From: Eledone cirrhosa
Taxonomy: Eukaryota
Direction of reading: 5' to 3'
Length of the DNA: 64,000 nt
NCBI GenBank assembly: GCA_964016885.1
Contig: OZ024747.1
Span: 76,570,001 to 76,634,000, forward strand
The translations under genes and the position numbers were made by a program. This document shows, piece by piece, positions 54,477 to 64,000 of the stretch. Under the pieces are notes generated by a model, which saw nothing but the letters and a program-made list of their open reading frames with translations, did no database searches and had not been told where the DNA came from. How positions within the stretch are numbered: position 1 is the first letter of the stretch; every line of letters starts with the position of its first letter.

Positions 54477-54999
54477 TAAAGTCATAAATATATATGTGTT
54501 TTGCAACGGGTCACTTTGTGGCTCAATGAAGAATTAATAAATTAAATAATCAGAGCTATATATCATAAAACATATCTATAGAATCACCAGATAAAATATA
54601 TACCGTTTCCTCTCCCAATTAGCATAATTAACCACAGGTAATTAAATGTGTACACTTTTCTTCTAGTTTATTTTACACCTTATTCTGTTTAGTTGACTGT
54701 ATATCTGGTCGATTCATACATGCTGTCGAAATATTCGATAAATGATCCGTCGTAACCGCCGCGAAGGGGCTGTTTTCGGTTATTTGTCGGAGATTTCTTC
54801 ATAGGAGCCTTTATTCTTATAGCTTGGTCTAATTGATTTTTTATATGGTTAATTATGCTAATTGGGAGAGGAAACGGTATATATTTTATCTGGTGATTCT
54901 ATAGACATGTTTTATGATATATAGCTCTGATTATTTAATTTATTAATTCTTCATTGAACCACAAAGTGACCCGTTGCAAAACATATATTTATGACTTTA
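54477..54999 (+). mobile_element. Copy 2 of the same family: inverted 3' end (54477-54634) followed by forward copy (54636-54999)
   Basis: Direct comparison of the arms; flanked by (TA)n. Confidence 0.85.
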
Positions 55000-56287
55000 T
55001 ATATATATATATATATGTAAACCTTTATATATATATATATATATACGAAGCCGAATTAGTTTGGCCTTCCATCCAAAAGGGATCAATTTAATAAAGAACC
55101 AGTTATGAACTGGGGTCCATTATGTAATAGATATTTTGTGTAAACAGATTAGTATTCTACATAATAAATGTTAATTGTAACCTAATTCCAAATAAAACGA
55201 GGAGAAAGATTTTTGTTTGAGATGGTACGTGAAAATTCGGTTCAATATGTTAGATATTTCTATAAAGTACTTCTCCAAGTACCTCATAAAATGTGTACTG
55301 GTGATAACATTTAAACATTTCCGGGGGCGGGGGTGTCATCAAAGTATCGTCTTCGCAGGTGTGGAGGGATATTATTGCTCTTTTATGTAGGGCAATATAG
55401 GCTTGACTATAAATCGGTCGATATCGAAATGGGCAACACCTTTGTCATTGAGATTCCATAATACCTATCCAAGAATATATTGTTCACTTTTTCATTATTC
55501 CAGAAGATAAAGTATTTCATTATTCCAGAAGATAAAGGCTTTGAAATTGCTCTGGCACATTTCTATGTACATTTTTTTTTTGGGGGGGGGGGGGGGGGGT
55601 TACCCGCCACCCATTATGTGTGTAACTTTACTCTCGTATATAATTTATGTTTTAGTATTTGCTATGAAGCAGACAAGATTCGTTCGTCTCGTTAGTTACA
55701 TTTCACTGCCTATATATTCTGGTTGAGCCATTATAATTTGCTCATTAGTGTGCCCCCGAGATGTTTCATGCAGTTGCACATGATATGGTATTGTGTTATC
55801 GAATAACTTATGCTACTTGTCGGAGAAAAAACGTCTATGTATATTCAATTCTACAATTTGCTGTAGGCAGGGTAAATTAGATAATGAGGCTTTACAATGT
55901 CTGTTTCCTTGCTGCTTGCACTATGGTAGGAATGTGATATTTTTCTTTAAACACTTCTTATTTTCTAATGATTGACAGACTTGATAAAGTTGGTCCTACC
56001 TAAAGATGTATCATGTAATCTTTTTGTCTGGTGTGAGGTTTGTTTTTTATATGTAAATAAGCAAATAAGTCAAACATGTAAATCTGAACGTAAATATACT
56101 TAGAACAACAGCAGAGTAATTACTGACTGTCCCTATATGTATATAATATACTCCGGGAACAAAGCCGACAACAACAAAATCACTGAGGGTCTAAGACCAT
56201 TGAATTTATTAGGTAAGTTATATTTTATTATATTGCATTTTTTTCTATCTTATTGGGGGTTTTCTATACGTGTATAGTCTTATGGTG

Positions 56288-56586
56288 AAGGCGGTGAATT
56301 GAGAGGGTTGTTAGAACGTCAGATAGAATGCGTTGTGGTAGTCGTTTCCACTATCTGCTCTCTGAGTTCAAATCCCACCGAGGTCAACTTTGCCTTTCGT
56401 CCATTCTAGGTCGATAAAAAAGTACGTCAAGTACTGAGGTCGATTCTTCCTCTATATCTTTTTTTACTTCCATTCTCTCAATAGTTATCCTTCAATGAAA
56501 GAAATCCGTTGTATTCAGACTTGATGAGGAGATGAGCACCACCAGGTTTAAAAAGCGCCCCTACGACTCCGCCAGGTGTTACGGGG
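56288..56586 (+). mobile_element. SINE family B
   Basis: aggcggtgaattg...gagttcaaatcccaccgaggtcaactttgcc...gcgcccctacgactccgcc. Confidence 0.75.
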
Positions 56587-57529
56587 TGAAAGTAGCTAGA
56601 GAGACGCGCATGGGGAACCATTTAATCACGCGTAGTGTGCATCAAGAATCTAGAGTGGTTTAAGAATTCCTAGAGGGAGCTGATCTGTCGAAGAAGAATT
56701 GATTAGTATATTTAGTTCACTCTTTTGTCTAAAAGGAAAGACACAACAGCAGTGAAATGAGTAAAATTACTCAGAACAGGAAGTACAAGATAGAAGACGT
56801 ATGCAAGAAAGAAATTTGTTTTCGTGCTTTCTTTAAGATGACGTTATGACGCTAGGAATTAAAACTATAATTCAAATACTAATCTATTTGTTTTAACTGT
56901 GAAAGAAGAATGATTTCAAAGAATGGATATATAGTTAGATATATAGTATTAAGTCAAGATGTTCAATGTCAGAGTGTTGAACAGGATTTACCAGACTTAA
57001 ATAGATTAAACAGGCTTAAATTCCGTACGATTGATTAATCGACGCTGCTTCTTAATTAAAATCTTTAAACTGAATGTATGCCATAAAAATTATGTCAGAA
57101 TTACTATGGCAGTATTAATATCATTTCATTGGTGAGAAGGAAAATATAAACGATGAGGTGAAGTTTGAGGAAGACGACAAATTAAACAATGATGATGATA
57201 ATGATGATGATGAGGAGGAGGGGGGGGGGGGAGGACGACGACGACGACGATGATGTGAGAAGGAGGAGGAGGCGGAAATAGTGCTAATAGATGTAAACCA
57301 TGTAAGAGTTTCTGGCATGTACATGTATATATGTAGTTTGCTTGATATACTTACAAGTACAAAAGTCTACAGCCGTCACTCACAATCGGGTATGACTTGG
57401 TAGTATGTGCAGTACTTTAGATAAGGGTTTTATATATCCATGTAGTTGTGAGTGGACACAGATATCTTCTCAAACCTCTCTCTTTGGATCCAACAGAACT
57501 TCCACGATGTGACAGCCGGAAGGAAAGAA

Positions 57530-57660
57530 GGCCGTACCAGTACTAAACTGGTACTTTCCTCATCGACCCCGAAAGGGTGAAAAGTAAAGTTGCCATTTGC
57601 GAGATTTGATCTCAGAACGAGAAGAACCGGTACAAACATCTAACACTCTAGCAAACCGAC
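57530..57660 (-). mobile_element. SINE family A/B head fragment
   Basis: ctggtacttt...atcgaccccgaaagggtgaaaagtaaagttg. Confidence 0.6.
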
Positions 57661-57893
57661 CATCTTACAAATTAACAGAACAGATTAAAAGAAAGCATGA
57701 GGCGAGTATGTCCCCACCTACAAATTGTAACCCCATTCATTATATCTAGTCCGCCTATCCCACCTCTAATCAAACCTGAATATAATAAATACTCTGTAAA
57801 TATGCGTGTCTGTCTGTGTATGTGTGTATGTGTGTGTGTGTGTCTGTGTATGTGTGTGTGCGTGTCTGTCTGTGTATGTGTGTGTGTGTGTAT

Positions 57894-57943
<50 letters not shown>

Positions 57944-59099
57944 TTGCAAAAAGCCCTGCTTTCAAGTGAATAGGGCTAATCACCCATTGATGAGGCAATA
58001 ATAATGCAAGTAATTGACTCTGTTTATCGCACTTTTGTGAGATAAACCAATATTGATTGCTTGATTGATAGGTGAAATGAAAAGAACAAAACATATTGAA
58101 GAACCGTTAATGTCTGAGAGACAGTTATTGGTGAAAATTGATGTGAGGATTTATCTAACATTTCTCTCTTTAGCTGATTTTCTCGTATCATTAAATTTTA
58201 TTGTTCTTTTCTCTCTTATCGCCTTTTAATTACACATTTTAACCTGTTAGCCACGATAGTGAACCAGAGTGTTGTCTCTAAAAGCTGGCCATGTTTATAT
58301 TACTAGAAAGCTTAAAGTGGTTTTAGTTTCAGTTGTTATATTTAACTTTATTATTTTCAACATTATTTCATTAGACGATCTGGTCAATAAATTAGCCCCC
58401 ATGTGGTTCGTCGACCAGCTAGAAATATTAGAATTTGTTGCCAAATTTCCATGAAATCTCACCTCTACCATCTTAACATTAAAATGGATATTTTGAATAA
58501 GATACATTATGTCTGAAAATATATACGGGTTGTTCACACCATAATGTTAAATGTTCATAAGGATTGATGCTAGAGCTATGAAATCTTACATGTGTTAATT
58601 TCAACTCTTCTTATTAATAACTACATTGCTTCATTCCAGGGATTATATTGAAAAATAAACCTCATTTGGTCATTCCATGAGAGTATATTGGTCAGTCTAT
58701 GAACTTTTCAGCCTATCATCGTAAATATTGACATTTGTCAATACGGAGTCTTAATGTATAATAATTTCGCTGGCAGCAAAATAGGAATTAAACGAACTAA
58801 TTTTAATCCCATATTAGGATTTGTATTAAAACAAAACACTATTTACGCTTTAATAATTTATTAATTGAACAAGCTGCCAAGAATGCGTTACATATGCAAC
58901 TTGGTCTATGAGATTTACTTAAGCCATTAAGCTAATGCTGGGTCAATAATTAGTGTCTCTATGAACAGGTTATGAATGTACTCGATGACTTTTGAAATAT
59001 CAACCGATGATTGAATCTAAACCATCTTTTTGTTCTCTTCTTTACGAAGATAATGTATATATAAACAAGCTTTCTACATTTCTCTGTTTATAAATATCG

Positions 59100-59350
59100 A
59101 CTAATGGTTAGGATACTTGACGTATGATCGATCGTAATTTCATTGGTTCGATTCCTAGATCGGGTTGTGAGTTGTGTTCTTGTTGGTCCAGTACACTCAG
59201 CTGAGTGTGTGTACCAACAATAGCTGGAGAGTTCATCCTACGATAAACTGGCGTCCTGTCCAGGAAGAGTCTTGTAATCTCAGTCGCTTAACGCCAAGGA
59301 ACAGAGATAATCTCCAGCTTAATGAGTCATCGGCATAGAACAGACTTTAT
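59100..59350 (+). mobile_element. CORE-like SINE
   Basis: ggttcgattcc B box; tail as in 17400-17520. Confidence 0.7.
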
Positions 59351-60711
59351 TTTATTATTATTTTAAAATATTTTCTGTAATGCATTACAACATTGAAACA
59401 AAATAATTTTCTGAAATAACATCGTTTGTTTTTTTTGTTTTTGTTTTTTTTTTTTGTTTTTTTTTTCTTTCTTCACTGCTTTATTTCACTGAACAAGTCA
59501 GGAATAAATCCGAGAAATAGCCGATAGACATACCTTGACGAATAAATTACTGTCCGCACTGAGAACTTCGCATATTTCAATTTAATATGATATTCAAAAT
59601 AAAGGATATTGTATTCAGGATGTTATGCAAGACAACTACCGTAATCAGCTAACGATGCAAATATAATTGTCCTATCTGTGTGGGCAGAAGACTAGAGTGA
59701 ATACCGATCTTTTCTCGCATTTATTCCGAAGAACTGAAGGAAATAAAGCCCCGAAGAAGACATAACAGTTGTTATTTATAAGAACTATGTAAGGTAATAC
59801 GTTTTAATATAAAGAATCTGTTATTTAAATTCATTTCCCTCGAAAGAGTTAACGGTTGAGTATTACAAGATTGATATACATGATATTCTTTTAATACAGT
59901 ATACGCCTGATATTGCTTTAAAATAAGCTGGACCTTGTTTTTCTGTAATTGCAACTGTCTAAAGTTCGTCGTCTTTCGATATATATTGACATGATTTTCT
60001 CTTCTATAATATTCGTTATGTTAACTTAATGTGTTAAAATATTTCCAGAGTTGATTGCTAATGTGAACTTCCTTATAGAACCATTAGCGAAATGCCATTA
60101 GCAGAAAATACCGCTTTTAAGTTTGACCATCGAATAATTAGAGAAATTGTACTGATCTGTATCCAAAAGTAAACAAATTGATAATGACGCCAGGGTTGAC
60201 TCTAGTATTCAGAGTTCTAGGGTGGATAGAATAAAAACAAATAATGGATAAACTTTATAGGTTTTTCACAGATGTGTTTCATCTTTGATAAAGCTAGAAA
60301 TGAATAATATATTGAGAGCGATTCAATCGAATATACATCAGCCCTGTTAATAAGGATGCTCTTGTACCTGGTCTAAAGAAATCGATACGCCATTTGCTTG
60401 ATGGAAACCGTCATAGATTTATCAGACAGGTTCTTGAGGAATTAAAAGGATTCGAAGATTTAGACACAGATACACATATTTCTACATAGGGGTGTAACAC
60501 ATGTAGAAATCAATATATACCAACAGATATAATCAATAACAAGCTTAACTATATCGATCTACCAGTAATTCTCTATGCAGTTTATGTAAGTGTGTCTGTA
60601 TGTAAGTACGTATGTATGTATATTCTTCTGGTATTATAATTTGACACATATTTGCGTGTATGTATGTATGTCAATATATATGTGTGTGTGTATCTAAGAG
60701 TGTGTGCTTGC

Positions 60712-60773
<62 letters not shown>

Positions 60774-61257
60774 ATCGATGTGTATATACATATATACGTG
60801 TATGTCGCGAGTGTGTATGCGTATGTGATGTATATGTATGTGATGTATATATACATATATATATGTGTGTGTGTGTGTTTGTGTCTCTGTGTGTGTCAGT
60901 GTGTGTATTTGTGTGTGTGTGTGTGTGTGTGTCATCGAGAGTTCTAAGAATCTAGAATTTCGGCAAATCCTTACAGCCGCCACTATATGTATTAAATATT
61001 ATTTTTACTCTATAAACTCCATTTTCAGTCCATTCGGTGCATATATTACATAAACCTATAAACCAGCATTTATATATATGTATGTTGTGTATATGTGTGT
61101 ATGTATGTATACTCATACGCGCAATCTTTTTCTCTTATACACACATGCATATATATATGTATATATATATATATAGTTTTGCGAAAACCAACCAAACAGT
61201 GAGTATGTTCTGTTATTAATCTGGCAATATTATTACACAAATATGACCCTCCCCAAG

Positions 61258-61310
<53 letters not shown>

Positions 61311-61598
61311 AATACATATTTATTAATATATATATGTATATATATATATATTAGAAAGTGAGGTTATATATATATACATGTGTATATGTGTGTGAGTGTG
61401 TGTGTGTATGCGTGTGTGTGTTTGTGTGTGTACGTGCGCCTGTGTGTGTGTGTGTACGCGCGCCTCTGTGTGTGTGTGTGAATGTGTGTATGTATGTGTG
61501 TCTGTACGCCCGCCTGTATGTGTGTGTGTGTGTCTATGTGTTTGTGTGTGTATATGTGTGAGTGTGTGTGTGTGTGAATGCGTGTATATATCTGTATG

Positions 61599-61680
<82 letters not shown>

Positions 61681-61994
61681 TGTACGCCCGCCTGTTTGTA
61701 TGCCTATAAAGATTTATTGAAATCTACTCTCAGTAAATTCCTACAAGACCACATATTGAAACAATCACAGAAGCAGTATATATTTCTCTGTCCTTATGTC
61801 ACCATTGTCCCTGTTTCACAAGGCCGCATTTAATTTCATACTCTGTCAACATGAAATAAACCCTTATATTATTTTATCGCTAGGGTTTCCTTCTATACAG
61901 GAACTCCCTAAATGCAATCAATTATTCATGTCAAAATTATCTTTCTATCATTCTCTACCACAAGGAAGAACTAACAGACGTTGGATTGAAACAG

Positions 61995-62672
61995 GCGGCG
62001 AAATGGTAGAATCTTTAAGGAATTGAATAAAATGTCTTACGGTGTTCTTTATGGTTCTCTGTGCTCTGGGTTCATTTCCCACCGAGGTCAAATTTACCTT
62101 TTATCCTTTCTTCGTCTTCGTCCTCATCATAATCATCACCGTCCTCATCATTATTATAATCATCAGCATCATCATCATCATCAACCTCGTCATTATCATC
62201 ATCATTATTAACATCATCATCATTACTGGTACTTTATTTTATTGACCCCATAAGGATGAAAGGCAAAGTTAACCTCGGCGGGATTTGAACTTAGAATGGC
62301 AAGGGCCGTAACTCTATGCTTTGACGTTACGGCCCTTGCCATTCTGAGTTCAAATCCCGCCGAGGTTAACTTTGCCTTTCATCCTTACGGGGTCGATAAA
62401 ATAAAGTACCAGTAATACACTGGGATAATTGCTGGCCTTGTGCCAAAAAGTACAAACAATTACTAACATCATCATTGTTTGCAGTTCAGGATTGGCAGTA
62501 CGGTAGAGGCTCTGACACCATGATTTGCAGCAAAGAGTTACGTCCCTTTATTGTCTGAGTTCAAATCCCGACGAGGTTAACTTTGCCTTTCAATCTTACG
62601 GGGTCGATGAAATAAAGTACCAGTAATGTACTACGATAATTACTGGCCTTGTGCCAAAAATAGAAACAATTA
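61995..62672. mobile_element. Cluster of four SINE family A pieces, including an inverted pair at 62222-62416
   Basis: Pieces at 61995-62110 (+), 62222-62312 (-), 62326-62462 (+) and 62490-62672 (+). Confidence 0.85.
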
Positions 62673-63764
62673 TTAACATCATCACCATCGTCATCATTTT
62701 CATCATCATTATCATCATCATTATTAACATCATCATCATCATTATTCTCATCATCATCATTATCATCATGATCACCATCCTCATCACTATCTCACCATCC
62801 TCACCAGCATCCTCACTATTATCATCATCACCATCGTTGATCTGACGTGCTTTATCCCAACCCCCATCAGCAATATATCTCAACACGTAAGGACTATTAG
62901 TATCAGATGAATATCGACGACCTTAAAAACTGTTGAGAGACGACGACTGAACTAATGGAATGGGCCTTAGTCGGTTGCGATGATGAGTGTTCTAGTTGTT
63001 CGGTCAATGGAACACCCTGCTGGCTCATGAAATTGACGTGCAAGTGTCTGAGCATTCCACAGGCGATTGCACCCTTAATGTCATTATCAGGGAGATTTAA
63101 ATTGAGGGGTAGCTGAAACGTTCCTAGGCTGAGCAAGATACTCTCATGGAATGACCAAATGAGGTTTAGTTTTCAACATAGTCCCTAACTGGAAAGAAAC
63201 AATGCAGTTATTGATGAGAAGAGTTTAAATTAATGTATGCAAGATTTCACAGCTCTAACATCACCCCTTCGTAGTCAGCCTATGAATGTTTCAGCCTATT
63301 CTCGAGTGTGTGTAACAAGGCTCGTCCTTTGAATTAAAGATACAATCTATCCGACGGACTTTCACATATTTTCCGTCCACAAAATTTCACTCACAATCAT
63401 GGGTTTACTTGAGGCATTGATAAATGAATTTTATGCAAGATACTGAGTGGGATCGAACACGGGACTTATTGATTGCGAAGCGAATTTATCGATCTATGTG
63501 TCCATGATGCTTTATCTTGTTGTTTAGCCTTAGATCAATTATAATTGAGCAGTTTTATTGTTAAAAGCATTCCAGCTCTGATCGTTCCGTCAATTTTCTT
63601 GGATGGTGGGCTGCAATGTCTTATCTAGAACTACATTATCTAGAGTCTTTTATTCTAAGGCGGTTTCTAATTGGGGGAAGATTAGCCAGTTATCTTAGAG
63701 GGTCGAAAGATCGAGTATCGGTTCCCTCGCTGTCCAATGTATTCGGTATCGATACTCAATGGCA

Positions 63765-63819
63765 ATGGTAGTGATAATGATGGTAATCGTAGTAATGATG
63801 GTGATGTTGATGGTGATGT

Positions 63820-63851
<32 letters not shown>

Positions 63852-63947
63852 ATGATGGTGATAGTGATGATGATGATAGTGACAACAACGACGACGACCA
63901 TGATGATGACGACGATGATAACCACGACGACAACGACCATAATGGTA

Positions 63948-64000
<53 letters not shown>
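63765..64000. repeat. (GAT)n microsatellite
   Basis: Seen directly. Confidence 0.95.

Noticed and set aside
56104-56218. Possible 109-bp exon with AG/GTAAGT donor and an open frame
   Set aside because: Weak acceptor, unrecognised peptide, no partner exons
60316-60490. Short frame faintly resembling the PTEN/TPTE N-terminus
   Set aside because: Motif spacing is wrong, it is bounded by stops, and there is no splice support

Overview
AT-rich, microsatellite-saturated eukaryotic DNA with no host protein-coding gene I can support; almost every ORF in the track is a translation of simple repeats. The SINE repertoire resembles that of octopod cephalopods (inference from recalled motifs). The window is an ecosystem of microsatellite-targeting retroelements. 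(1) A 12.5-kb (TACA)n-rich block (25.9-38.5 kb) holds four copies of two R4/Dong-type RLE non-LTR retrotransposon families plus bipartite non-autonomous RTE derivatives, whose full-length copy at 50.8 kb starts with an HDV-like ribozyme candidate. (2) Many Penelope-like element (PLE) remnants sit in (TA)n tracts with fold-back inverted ends, one GIY-YIG frame, and at least five unrelated type I hammerhead ribozyme (HHR) motifs; one copy begins within 1 nt of the predicted cleavage site. (3) A 5S rRNA sequence is fused to a CR1-type LINE tail (SINE3-like chimera). Also present: a Helitron Rep remnant, a piggyBac-type MITE, many tRNA-derived SINEs, an 83/84-bp tandem array and a G-rich minisatellite. 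All alignments and folds were done by eye; boundaries of degenerate repeats are approximate.
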